From Felis catus (lineage: Eukaryota), in assembly GCF_018350175.1 (NCBI RefSeq), contig NC_058368.1:178128001-178192000 (forward strand): 64,000 nt of DNA, written 5' to 3'. How positions within the stretch are numbered: the first letter of the stretch is position 1; each line of letters opens with the position of its first letter. Both the position numbers and the translations under genes were made by a program. This document shows, piece by piece, positions 1-12,845 of the stretch. The notes beneath the pieces are model-generated. The model was not told the origin of the DNA and did not search any database. It worked only from the letters and a program-made list of their open reading frames with translations.

Positions 1-694
1 AGAGGGGCAGCTGGATATGAGTTTGAAAGGGACGCACATGAAGTATCCCCTGTGTTCCAAGGCTTGGCTAGTCAGGTTCCTTTGAAACCACACCACCCCA
101 ACCTTAACCCAAATAACTAGTTCACGATACAGCTATTTACACCCTCCCCTTTGACAAATGAGAAAATTTAAGCAAAGAGGTTAAAAATTTTGCCCAAGAT
201 TGAATATTTACAGAACCAGGATTTGTACCCAGGTGAATCTCCAAAGTCCATCTACTTTTTTCACTTTATCATTCTCTCTCTCCCCAGACGTGAACTTATT
301 TTTATGAAATAAGTGCACGCAAGCCCTTTGTAAGGTATAAAGTATTATATAAATCCAAGACGTTTTAGATGTTATTTAACATCTGAAAGGCAAAAGGCAT
401 CTGAAAACCAGAGAGGTAGTTATGCTCATGTAATGCTCAACATATTTTAGTTTGTGGAGCCGGTTGAAAAAAGAGAAAGGAATATGAGACTGAAATGGAG
501 ATGAAGTGGAGACAGAGATGAAAGGTAGTGAGTTTTAGTGTTTCAAAGAAAAATAATAATAAACTTATTTCTGAGTAGAAGAAATTTTGATGTTTAAACA
601 TTTGTCTCTTACATGAAAAAAATACATAATATGAATGTTCTGGGTATAAAATTAAAGAGGTATTATTACAAGGCTGATCCACAAAAAGTTTCGG

Positions 695-852
695 TCTTCG
701 CTACTCAAAGTGTTGGTTGGAACCAACAGCTCACCTGCTTCCCCTGGGAATTTGTAGGAAATGCAGAATCTGAGCCTCACTGAGTCCTGGGTTCCATTTG
801 ACCATGACCCCAGGTGATGGGTCTGCACATTGCAGTCTCAGAAGCATTGCTT
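695..852 (+). mobile_element. MER5A-like MITE
   Basis: CTACTCAAAGTG...CCTGGGAATTTGTAGGAAATGCAGAATCT...CCCCAGGTGAT. Confidence 0.65.
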
Positions 853-1977
853 CCGGCCAAAAGCTAAAGACTGTGAATGAAGAGAAAGGGCATAAATTTG
901 GGCAAGGCGTTTATGCATTATATCTTCTAATGAGAAAAATGAATTTCAGAGAGTATCCTGAGTATTTTGTATGACCAATCAGTATGAACAAATCACTCCA
1001 GTGGCCACAGAAGTGATTTGACTGTGGCTGGGGAGTGGGGTGTGGAGGGAAGTTATGTCTTAAATAAGGGTCAATAAACAAACAAAAGGTTTAGGGATTA
1101 AAAGGGGTAGGAAAATTTAATTCAGCCTACCTTAATCAATTGCATTTTAATTAGCCAAGGAGGACATAAGTGAAATCTTGAAAATTTAGTTTAAGATCTT
1201 TCCTCGAATAACATTATATGTTGCATGAAACAAAGGCAAAACTTGGTGGATTTCTCACTTGTCAGAGCAATTCAATATTTTATAAAGAAGTTGAGTTTAC
1301 TCCTTTAGTGTGCTGAGGTGGAGGGAAAGGATATCTGGGGTATCTGGCACCTTATGAAGAACCAGCAGTGGAGCAGGGAATGGTACCTTTAGGTCTCCTG
1401 AGTCCCTGCTAGGGGCTAGGTCAAATCTCCTGTCAGCTTGTCGTTACCATTTATGACTGAACTCTCAGCAGAGCATTATACTGGAAGAGATTGGTGAAAG
1501 CGTGAGGCAGGGATACAGAGATTCATGGATTCACAACTAAAGCTGTGGGTCTCTGATGTAAAGGAAATTATAATCCCTCCGGTCCTTAAGATTTATACTC
1601 TTTCAGATCAATTCATCAATAGATATTTAGTGAGCACATACTTTGTGAACAACTCCGTGCAGTAATACAGAGTGTAAGCTGTAGTTCTTTCTTTTCCAGA
1701 ACATTTAATCTCCATGCCAGAATTGGCAGAATAATTCATGGAGGAGGGGGTGATGCACATCTGGGTTGGAGGGGTCATTAAAATAATACACTGATTGTAT
1801 TTAGGACTTGACAGTGACAAAGCACATTCAGAGTCAGTTTTCACATCTTAGAACTATGCAAACAGGTTTGAAGAGGTCTCATGACCCCCTCAAGGTCATC
1901 CCCACTGGTAAACTGGCAGAGCTGAAAATAAAAATCCAGATCTTTCATTGCTTAATTCCATGAGGAAGAAGAATCCA

Positions 1978-2043
1978 GGTGATGGTGGTGATGATGATGG
2001 TTGTTATGATGATAATGGTCATCATGGTGGTGGTGCCGGTGGT
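1978..2043. repeat. Imperfect (GAT/GGT)n trinucleotide tract
   Basis: GGTGATGGTGGTGATGATGATGGTTGTTATGATGATAATGGTCATCATGGTGGTGGT. Confidence 0.85.
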
Positions 2044-3674
2044 AAGAATGGATGTAAGTTCAGAAAGGCAGCACCGCGGACTCCCTCCTTAAGCAAATTA
2101 CATTCCCGCTACTTCTTCCACCAATGTTATTTGCTCTGGATGAAGGAGAAAAATGAGTGGCTTCAAGAGAATGTAGCTGAGGACAAAAAGAGGGACTTGG
2201 GCAACCCAGTGTGCTCTTAGTACATATGGGGCTTCCCAGAGTGCCACGGAATAGGTGTAAGCGAATAATCCTCATTGTGACCTACAACTGAGGTTAAAAA
2301 AAATCAGAAGCTTCACTAAATGTATCTGGCAAGCATTTCGTCTTCCCTTAAATAAAATAAATTCCCTTAATAAAGCCAATGGAGGCAGGGTTGGTAGCGG
2401 GGGTGGGGGTGGGGAGGAGGGTGTGTATGATTTATTATGGAGCAAGGAGAGGGCCTTGATGGCTCTGAACTATCTATTTAGAACTGCTGGCTCTAAAACC
2501 AGGTTGTACATGGGTTTCTCTTTTTGTGCCAATCTTACATTTTTAAAAAAATATAACTTTTATGAATATCATCATTAGTGCTATAAGCACAGGGAAGTAT
2601 AAGTTAATTCTACAGTAAAGTGATTATTAAATCCATTAGTCATATACAGGGAATCCATAATTAACTTATTCTCCAGCATCAAGTAAATGATTCTACTGTG
2701 TGCTTTAAGAAAGCAATTGTTCACTAATATGCAAAATACAGCAGAACTATTAGATCATAAAGCTATGCAATCTTATAATTAAATTATAAATTTTACATAT
2801 TTTAATAATGTGCTTTATATACTTTAATTGTTTTCTACGCAAGATTAAAAGGAGGTGCCACGGTTTTTCTCAGACATATTATATCTTGACCTGAACCGTG
2901 CAATACTTAATAATAATTGATGAGTATCTACCAGGGATGACAGCAGTCTTTCAGTAGCATCAGATATTTCTTTGGGTTATTGCTGAGGACAAAAATAAAG
3001 ATATACATTCGTCTTAAGTGAAGTCGTAGCTCTACCCTTGGGCTTTCTTTTGTTTTCCCCCCTTTTGCTGTTATAACAACCATAGGCATCCATGTTCTCT
3101 CTTCCCAGGCCACAAGAATGGGCTGGCCCCCATTCCCACTGCCTTGGCTGTATATGTGGGTAAAGGCAACACACACATTAAATTCTCTGCAGGGGACTTG
3201 TGCGCCTACATGAGCAATCTATTGTTGTTATTGTATTTTGGATTAAATAATGATGCCATTCTTTTCCATGTGCACAATTAAATGTGTTTGAAAGACCTGG
3301 GAAATACCACGGATCTGTGCCTCAGGGGTTGCCTCTGTAACCTTCTGTTTTTCCAAATCCTGATTGCTGCAGTGGGAACTGTAGTGCTGGTTCCCTTTAT
3401 TCTGAGAGGGAGCCAACCTTTCTCCCAGATGATTACACTATTCCAGACTGCTCTCCAGTGTTCAGAAGTAATGCTGCATTGATATGCCCTCCACATAAGT
3501 GAAGTAAGCGGTTCATTCATTTCTTCACTCACTCAGCAAACACTAACTGAGAGGTTACCACATGCCCAGCCCTGAGGTCAACACTGGGGGGGGTGAAAGT
3601 TTAAAAAGATGAGGTTTTTTTTTGACTTAGGTCCACGAAGCAGGTGTATCACTACGGTTTAGACAGGTTGCTAA

Positions 3675-4072
3675 GTTTGTTGGTTTGCTAGAGCTGCCAT
3701 AACAAATTTCCATAGACTGGATGGCTTAAACAAGAGAAACTGATTTTCTTGTGGTTCTGGAGACTAGCAGTCCAAGATGGAGGTGACCACAGGCTTGGTT
3801 ACCTCGAGGAGAGAGAGACCTGTCTCCTTGGCTTGCAGATGGCCACCTTCTCCCTGCGTCTTCCCATAGTCTTCTCTGTGTGTATATCTATGTCCCAGTC
3901 TCCTCTGCTTATAAGGACACCAGCTCTATTGGACTAGGGCCCATGCAAAAGACCTCATTTTAACTTAATTACCTCTTTAAAGACTCCCATACCCAAACAC
4001 CATCCCATTTTGAAGTACTGGGAGTTTAAACATATAAATTGGGGGTGGAGGACACAATTCAACCTGGAACAC
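3675..4072 (-). mobile_element. MLT1-type (ERVL-MaLR) solo LTR
   Basis: GCTGCCATAACAAA...TGGCTTAAACAA...ATAAGGACACCAG...GGACACAATTCAACC pattern. Confidence 0.85.
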
Positions 4073-5004
4073 TAAAGGATCCCCAAGGGGCAGTACTAAG
4101 CCCAGCTTTGGGTGGAGAGGGCTTATTGAAAGGTAACTCTAGTCTGAGTGTTGAAAGATAAATAGGGGCTCTTCAGGTGAAGTGTGGGGAAGGGGGATAG
4201 GCAACCTAGGTATATAGGGCGTTATGTGATTATTAGTCTTGAGTATGGTAGAAGTTAAATGTGAAAGGGGTGGGGAAGGGACTAACATAATGTTGAGTCT
4301 GGAAGGTGGGCAGAAGGCTAACCTGGGAGGGCATGTGAATCATACCGAGGGGTTTGAATTTTATATCCTGAAGGCTGAGAAGAACCACTAAAAGATTCTA
4401 GGCTGGAGGATGGTGGAGATAGTTTCATTTTTTTTTTTTTTTTACTAAGAAGTTGGTATATTTAAGGGCCCAATAGAAAGGCCACCAATATCCCAAAATA
4501 TGTGGTTTCCTATGTGATTTGTCATAGCATCTGAAATTCTCATCACCAAAGAAGCATTTCTTTGGGTCATTATCCCATTAGATGCAATCATTTTTATTTT
4601 CTTAAGGGCACTAATCAGGATTTATAATTATTGTATTTGTTTACATGTCTATTTCTTTGATGGTACATTCACTGTAAATCCTTTGTATGCACCTAGTGCA
4701 GTGCCTAGCACATAGCGAGTGCTCAATATATATTTGTTGAAAGAATAATGAGTCATCTTGGCATGACTTATGACATAGTAAGCTACTACAATCAGTAAAT
4801 TGACCCAGGGCCCTGGGGAATAAGAGAAGGTCAATTAAGTTTTGATCATGGTAAGCAAGGAAGTGTAGGCCATACCTAGTGAAGTTAGGTAAGACAGGCC
4901 AGCAGGAGAAGCCAGCACACTGGCCACTGCCTTACTGGGAAGCTGGGTGGATGGGAAGTAAGGACTACTTGAGACAATGCATATAGAAGTGATTTGCATG
5001 CTGA

Positions 5005-5235
5005 ACTTGGAAGCTAGATGGCCTGTTGAAATCATACCTGTGCCACCAATTAACTATGTCACTCTGGGTAAGCACCTTACTCTCTGTGGATCTCCATTTC
5101 TGGGTCTTCAAATGAGGATAATGATAGTCCCTACCTATTAGGTTGTTATGAGAATTTAACGAGTTAATTTAAGAAAAGCTTTTATGATAGGGCCTGGTAT
5201 ATCGTAAGAATTATGTCAATGTTGGTTATTATTAT
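5005..5235 (+). mobile_element. MIR (representative; others at ~8530-8760, 8980-9200, 18150-18350, 25800-26030, 29540-29740, 46050-46230, 54550-54745)
   Basis: MIR core CTCTGGGTAAGCACCTTACTCTCTGTG...AAATGAGGATAATGATAGT...GGTTGTTATGAGAATT. Confidence 0.75.
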
Positions 5236-7037
5236 TATACCATTATTATAATGTGTTCTTTAATTTTAATGAGAGGAGGCGCAATTGGTCCCCTTAACTC
5301 TGATCTCTGTTTTCTTTTCTCCAGCTTCTAAGCTCCTCCTATTTACTCTCTAAAACCTAAATCATGTTACTTCCCTACTTAAAAATCTTAGACTCAAAGA
5401 AATCTTAGGCTAGAAAAAAAGAATCTTGGCCTCAGTTTAGATTACCACATGTATATTATGTGACTGCCATGTTCTAGGCCCTGGAACAGAAGATGTGAAA
5501 AGGTTAATGCAGAAGTACATTCTATTGATGGCTTCTTATTGTTTTGAGCAGTGTTTCTCAAAGCTTGGTCCACAGACCTTCCATTAGCATTTCTGGTGCT
5601 GAACAAGACTGTGGTAAACTAGATAAATAGGTGCTCAAAGCAGAGTGAGGGCAGAAGTCTAAGGTTAACTGTGTCACAAAGGTATGGAGAAAGTTGTAGA
5701 AAAGAAGAGTTAAGAAGTGGGACACTGGTAGCTACAGTGTTCTTTCTAAAAAATCAGTCACATCTTTTCTACTACCCAGCAGACAGCTCCTAAGCCCGAG
5801 GGTGGTCCAAGCTCTTGGCAAAAGAGAAAGAAGAATTCAGACCTTCCAGACCTCCTTTCTTGGACTACATGGTGACTACCCAAACCAAACTTGGCTTCCT
5901 AGAATTGGCTGACAGAGCAAGAGCCTGTTTAATTTGTGATATCTGGACACAAAATCATTCTTTGTGGCAGCTCTGATATTGGCAGATGGGAGATTTAGCT
6001 CTGTCCTGTTTATATAACAGCAGTTGATAGATAGTGACTTCATAGTTGGATATTTATGAGAGGTTTCATTTCAAATAATATAGTTTTGGCCTGTGGCAAT
6101 GCTAAGGCTCTTACCCATTATTACTGAGAAGCTAAATCTTTAGGATATTGTAACTATAACTGCAGGCTCTGTTTGATCTACCCGGAAGAACTGGAAAAGT
6201 TAATATTTTTCAAAGCAATGAAAGCTTTATTATAAAAAGTCTCATTAGGAAGTTTGTCCCTAAAACATATAGGCTATCAGAAGGTCATATATTAAAGAAA
6301 TCAGCTTTCCATACTTTTCTTTTACCTTATGACTTCTATCACATAACAGGGTAATTAAAACAAACAAACAAAAAAAAAGTCTGCCTTCCATTACAGAAAC
6401 CCAACACTTTGCCATGCCCTCCAGCCAGGTCCCAGCTCTGAGGTGAACTGGTGAAGTCCATTCTTCACTACTGCAGGACAATGGTCTTTCCTGTGTTAGG
6501 TATTGAGCCCTCTGCTGACTTAGTACTCTTCTCAGACCTGCAAACTGTCAACAAATCAACAAATCATGAGTGTTTTACCTGGTGGGAAAGAATGCTACCT
6601 TCATTTTAACACCACCGAGGCATCTCTTCTAGTCTGTGGGTTTTAAATTTTTGTGATGTGATTGGAGATCCTTGGCAGCTGAGGAAGCTATCAGGTCTGG
6701 CAAAGATGAGTGGGTAGGGTGGTACAAAAACTCTTTAAGGGTGGGCTCTGGGGATCAGCCAGTTAACAGCATGTCTTTACAGCTCTATTCAAAGGGACAC
6801 TGGAGGGTACAAAAGGGCCCAAGTCACAGAGGCTCTCTTGGCTCGAAGGAGACAGAGTAAGAGCTAAAATAGTTGGAGAAAAATTGAGTAAGAAACAGGA
6901 GTGATAGATAATTTAGCAGAGAGCTTAAACAGTTTTCTTTTTTTGTATTTGTACTGCAGGAAATTGAGCAGGGCACATAGTAACCCGGCATCCATCTTTA
7001 AAGAGTCTTTAAGGGGCCAGTGAGAGGAGTTATGCCT

Positions 7038-7413
7038 GTGTTATGGGATGAATTGTGTCTCTGCCCTAAATTCATATGTTGCGGTCCTAATCCCCAGTAC
7101 CTCAGAGTGGATACAGTTACTTTAAAGAGAGATGAAGTTAAAATGAGGGCATCTGGGTGGCCCCCAATCCAATATGGCTGGTGTCCTTACAAGAAGAGGA
7201 GATGAACACAGACACATACAGAGGGAAGACCACATGGGGACTCAGGGAGAAGACACCACCTAAAAGCTGAGAAGACAGGCCTCAGAAGAAGCCATCCCTG
7301 AGATCACCTCGATCTTGGGCTTCTAACCTCCAGAACTGTGAGAAAAGAAATGTTGTTGTGTAAGCTACCCAGTCTGTGGCACTTTGTTATGGCAGCCCTA
7401 GCAAACGAATACA
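7038..7413 (+). mobile_element. MLT1-type (MLT1B-like) solo LTR
   Basis: TGTTATGGGATGAATTGTGTC...CTCCAGAACTGTGAGA...TTTGTTATGGCAGCCCTAGCAAACGAATACA. Confidence 0.88.
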
Positions 7414-10112
7414 TCTGCTGAAGTCTCTGGGTGGGGGTGGGGGTGGGGCGGGTAGAGGAGGGGTAGAGGAGAAAAGGGGTAGAGTCTGGTTCCTAACTGC
7501 ATATCACCATGCACACCGTTCTTCTTTTCAAAGCACAAAACTTTAAGTGGGAAGGTCTACCTTTTCCTGTACTTGAACTCTTCTTCAAGCTGCATCTGGC
7601 AACAGCTGCAGACTCCGTTCTCAGATGCTCCCGGTATCTCTTTTCCTGGTCCAGGTACAATGTTGGGATCTAAAAGTTTAAGGCTACATCTTTTTTCCAT
7701 GTATGTCTCTCTAACCACATTTTAATAAAGAGTTACTTTCTTGTTATCATCAGTATTTATTCAATACCTATAATATTGAAAAATATCCAGTCCCAATTTT
7801 GTTTCTTGCTATTTTGCTACTAAGGAGTCTAATTCAGCATTTCCCAAAGTGTGTTCCACAGAGTATCCATGAGATACTCTAATATATTTTACTCACAAAA
7901 AGGATTCTGGGTAAATGTTTTAAGGTGTTACCTTTCCAGAGGGACATCTACATTTTTGGTTAGGTTAAAGCCATAAGCAAAAAGACTAAGATCTAATAGA
8001 AAAGGTTTCCTTGGACAAGAGACCTATCAAGAGATGGTCCTCATTTCAGCTCTGCATGTAACCAGGCTGCTACTTTATTTTCAGGAATCCCTATGTATAA
8101 CTTTATTATTTTTTTAAGTAAGAGTTTGGGAATGGTGGGAATGAGAACCAAAACTTACATAAGAAATAAGAAAGGATAGGATGTGCATGTCAGGGACTGA
8201 CATATTAATTAGAAATTCTAAAGACTCAAATTTCACACTCTCAACAGCATCAGTTTCCTACTTACACCGGCAGGAGAAATCAAATGGGTTCTATTTGGGG
8301 CTGCCGACTAGACTTCAGTGTTAGCTGAGCCCAAACAAGAGCATCTGTTCTTGACAGTAGAAACATCCATTGACATCCATTCTTTGTTTTTTAGCCTCTC
8401 TTAAATCAAGATGTGTAAAGCTATTAGGTGCCAACAGAAACCAGTTAAACCAGAAACTGTGAGTTGTTGTTTTTTTAAACTAATAATGTGCCTTTATCTT
8501 TTATACAGCAGCCTAACAGCAAAAGTTCCAATAAAAAATAGATAGCATTTATGGAGCATGCAACAATCTGCTAGGTGCTGTGTTAAGTATATCATACATT
8601 TCATATTATTCAAGCCTAAGAGGATGTTTTTCCTGTTTTACAGAGAGGGAAATAAGACTCAAGGAAGTTAAACGGGGTCAAACAACTAACTAGGAACAGG
8701 CAGAGCCAGGGCTCAAACCCAAGCTGACTCAGGTCAAGGCCACAGCTGCTAACCTCTCCTGGGTACTGCTTGGATTTTCCACAGAGTCTGTTTGCTTCTT
8801 CCCATCACTCTTGTGAGTTACTGCCTTTGGAGATGGAAAGTTCCGTGGATATTTCTAAAGTAGGAAGGTGAAGGAGAAATGTTCTCATTATCATTTTCAT
8901 TTGTTTCATCCCTATTATAGTCTAACTCATATCCAGATCCTGGAGACTTCTAACAACTTGCTATAAGAGGAAGGAAATATAGTTTAGTGGATGAAGCATG
9001 GGTCTTGAGACCAAATAGACCTGGGTTCAAACCTTAGGTCTGCCACTGACCAACTGTAGAACCTTGAGCCAGCCAGTCAATCTCATTAATTATTGTTTTT
9101 CTTACCTGCAAAATGGGTTAATAGGATTTATCTTACAGGATTATTGGCAGGATGAGAGCCAGAGTAGGGTTAAATGCTTAGTAAATGATTGACACTTAAT
9201 AAATTATACCTATTGACTCGCATTTACACACCATGGACTCCTATCCTTTTATGGGACTCGTAATGGCAAGTCTATCTAAAATACCTGGGAGGAAGCAAAA
9301 TGAGAAAACCCCTGATGGATTACATTGTGATGATTATTCTTAATATTCCCCCCCAGAAGACTGAATAAAAGTTCTTTTATGCCTATGTTCTATTTGGAAA
9401 ACATTATAAAACTTTGAACAGACAACAGGGTTGCGATAGCACAGTGCTTACCAAAGCACTGTATGCTTTTCTGATAAAGATATAACTTTATTGCCCTTTA
9501 TGTACTCTCTTGGTTAATACAGTAAGCAAATGGTAGATAATTTGAAATACCTTTACTACCATTTATAGTGTCAGAACATACACCTTACCTTTAAAAATGC
9601 AAAAGATTCATTGCAATGGAAGGCATTGCTTATACATACAAATGCATTTGTAAAACAATTCACAGTGCAGAGAGGATTCATGATCCGAGATCTTTCACCT
9701 TTACAGAAATGAAATAGGATTTTCTTGCTAACTGCATTCCAGGAGCAGCTAGCCAGGTCAGCAGTGCATCTTCTGGGCAGGATATCAGTTTTTGTGATCT
9801 CTTCTGCAGGGGCTTTTAGAAGGAAGGGGTGAAAGCTGGGTCCTATAGGCTAAAAACATTATTTCCAAAGTCCTTCTTGGGGAAAAAATGATCTGACTGG
9901 GTAGCAAAGATTCTAGAGATACCTCTGCCTCAAATTTCTGGGGGTGGAAGAGTCCTGGCAAGTTGAAAGAGATCTTCAAGACTTCGGCCACAGATAATGC
10001 CATTAAATCTTGATGAGGTTTTGTAACTTTTTGTTAGAGATGTTGTAATCTTTCAGTGCTGCTTCTGCACAGACAGAGCATGAAACCGTGTGCACAGAAT
10101 CATTTGAGAAGA

Positions 10113-10344
10113 TTTTTTTTATTTAAAAATTTTTAAAAATTGTTTTACTGTTTATTTATTTTTGAGGGAGAGAGAGAGAGCATGAGCAGGAGAGAGGCAG
10201 AGAGAGACACACACACAGAATCCAAAGCTGGCTCCAGGCTCTGAAATCTCAGCACAGAGGCCGACGTGGGGCTCCAACTCACGAGCATGAAATCATGAAG
10301 AGTCAAAGTCAGACACTCAACTGACTGAGCCACCGAGGTACCTC
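10113..10344 (-). mobile_element. Can-SINE (carnivore tRNA-derived SINE)
   Basis: Reverse-complement head GTGGCTCAGTCAGTTGAG, CT-rich body, A-rich tail. Confidence 0.9.
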
Positions 10345-12315
10345 GAGAAGATAATGGAATCAGCAAAAAGCAGGCTGCACTTACAAGACACGGCTTCTAG
10401 TTCTGGCCATGTTCCATGTTTGATCTCAGATGCACCCTGTCATGCCCTTGACCCTTATCCACTAATATGTCATGTAAGCTGTTTGGACATCATGATGTTC
10501 CAGCTACATCCCAGTTCTAATTTTCTAGGGATAGATAGTATGTGTGCAATCATGTATCAAATTAATTAGGACCTGCTTCTATTACACATTTCCAAAATAC
10601 TTTTACATTTATAATCTCATGTCTAACCCTATCACAAACCTGTGAAGTAGAAAGGACAAATATTTTTGTTTCATTTAACATATTGGTAACTTAGGCAAAT
10701 AGAGATTAAGTTAATAATGACAGAGCCCAGATCTCTTGACTCTCATTCCTGGGCTCCTACGCTAAATTAAACTGGATTAGTCTTTTGGGATATGTGTGAA
10801 AGGGTATGCAGTTGGATTCTTTGTGGAAAAAGATAACTGAATAAGTTATTTAAAGTACTAACAGAGTAGATAAGGCACAGTTCTATTTCCCTTGTTGAGA
10901 ATTTGCTTTTGATTCCCTCCGTGAAACAGATTAGAATGTTTTGTTATGATTTAAGAAATACACAGACCCAGAAAAGGTACATCTCATATTCTTTTAAATG
11001 GATAATTTCTCCTGAGATTACTTTACATCCTGAAAATTCACTTTATTATTACATTCTAAGGTTTGTGGCTTTAAATGCCACGGCATCTTAGTCTAACTTT
11101 TATTAGTGATATTTGTAGTTATCACTTTCCACTGTCATCCTCTCCCATTTCCTTTGGTTCCATAGATACAGTTTGATTTATGAATGAAAGCATTTTGATT
11201 CTTCAAGATATATCTTGGTGAATTGGTTCAATAACTTGTTATTGAAAAGCAAATCCATCAGGGATGTATTTGCCTACTCCCCCTAAAAAGAAATCTCTTG
11301 TTGAGATCAAACATTTATTCATCAGTCATGCCCCACTTCTGTATATTATGAGGACATATCCCTATTTTTTTCATTTGTTAAATATGCCCATAAAAGTATT
11401 CAACCTGAAGATCCAGCTTCAAGACTGCTTCTAAAATTTGGAAATTAAACAAGTATCTTCATCCGTGAGATAATCACAATGTAATTCAGATTCTGGCTAC
11501 ACTTGGAAGGCCTTTGGTGTAGATGAAGAATAAGATGGCGGGCCAGACTGAACGAGGCCCAAGAATGAGAAAGGAAATTGAGTTTGCAGATGCCGTTTTA
11601 TGTCACAGCTTTGATGATCTCCTGCTTCTTAGTCAAGTCCTCTCCCTTTGTCACTCTGAGAGTTCTTAGTGAAAATTTGGGGTAACACCCCTAACCTCCC
11701 TGATAGCTACCTACAGGGTGTCATTCAAGCCAGCTGCCCCTGCCTGCTTATTGCAGAAGCCAGGGTGTTTGGTTGCATGTAGTCTAAGTTTTTACTTTCC
11801 TATGAAGAGTTTTAGTTCATTTGCATGAGTGTTAAGGTTTACTGTCTTGAAAAGTGTGAGTTGCAGTGAAGAAATGCTGTATCCCCCCCCCCCCACTTTC
11901 AACCACATACTTATCATTGGGTGCCTCTTTGCCGTGTTGTGGCCATGTCAAAAATGGAAGCTGTCCTGTTCCTTCTTGGCTCTAACATAGAAGTGTCATG
12001 GAAAAATTTTTCACTCTATCTGCTGTGTAGAATATTCATTTACAGTCATCAGAGTGAGTTGGACTCTTTCCTTCCATGTGGCAGGCACACTGTATTACGT
12101 CTTTTTTTTCCTAGAAAATATAGCTTTCATTCAGCTGTTGTCTTTTCCACCAAGGCATTTGGCATCTGTCTTCCCTTCTGATTTCGTATCAGAAACATCT
12201 GGAGAGCTTTGAAAAATACAGATCTTGAGTCAATAGGTCTGGGGCGATTCTGAAATCTGTCGTCTATAAAGTTCCACTGGTGAATCTTATACTCAGCCAG
12301 GTTCCAAAGCATGTG

Positions 12316-12826
12316 TGTCAGGAGTCCCCCCAAGACCAAACACAGATTCACTGATTCTCTAGGACTTATGGGACTACTCATAGCTGGGATTTATTATAAT
12401 CAGCAAAGGGAAAATGTGCATGGGGCAAAATCTGAGAAAAATCAGGCATGAGCTTCTAAGAGACTTCTCCCTATGTAGTCACCCAGGATGTACCCAATTC
12501 CTCTGGCATGGAATTGTGGCAAATGTATGGAATGTTCTCTACCAAAAAGCTCATTAGAGACTCAGTGTCCAAGATTTTTATTGGGGACATTGGCCACCTC
12601 TGCTTAGCATGATACAAAATTCCAAACTTCCAGAAGGGAAGCAGGGGTTCAGCGTAAACCACATGGTTTGTACAGTTTAGGCACAGTGAGCCACCATTAC
12701 CAATCAGAGAAAAATGGGAACTCTCCTCAAATCCAAATTCCCATATGCCAGCTAAGGACCAACCTTGCAAAAAGACCTTTTTAAAGATAACAGTCTCAGC
12801 TCTGGTATGTTAACCTTTCCTATACA
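12316..12826 (-). mobile_element. MER68-like ERVL solo LTR
   Basis: Matches recalled consensus blocks (CCCCAAGACCA..., AAAATTCCAAACTTCCAGAAGGGAAGCAGG..., GGACCAACCTTGCAA). Confidence 0.75.
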
Positions 12827-12845
12827 ATATGTTAGCCAAGTTTCT

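Larger units (their letters stand above)
5850..11660 (-). pseudogene. Candidate decayed multi-exon gene (unitary pseudogene), possibly CCDC81-like
   Basis: AG/GT-bounded segments at 11405-11656, 9923-10064, 9589-9842 (84 open codons), 8266-8512, 7561-7669 and 6115-6190, plus an acceptor at 6537; in-frame stops and frameshifts in several; motif resemblance to recalled CCDC81 only. Confidence 0.45.

Noticed and set aside
1948..2220. Gly/Asp-rich 90-aa ORF
   Set aside because: Arises from the (GAT/GGT)n simple repeat; TTG start
6579..6696. AG/GT-bounded segment as another ghost-gene exon
   Set aside because: Would leave only a 41-61 nt intron before the acceptor at 6538, too short; boundaries unresolved
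11532..11541. YY1 motif AAGATGGCGG suggesting a promoter or retrocopy start
   Set aside because: No CpG island or plus-strand ORF follows; it lies within a candidate minus-strand pseudo-exon
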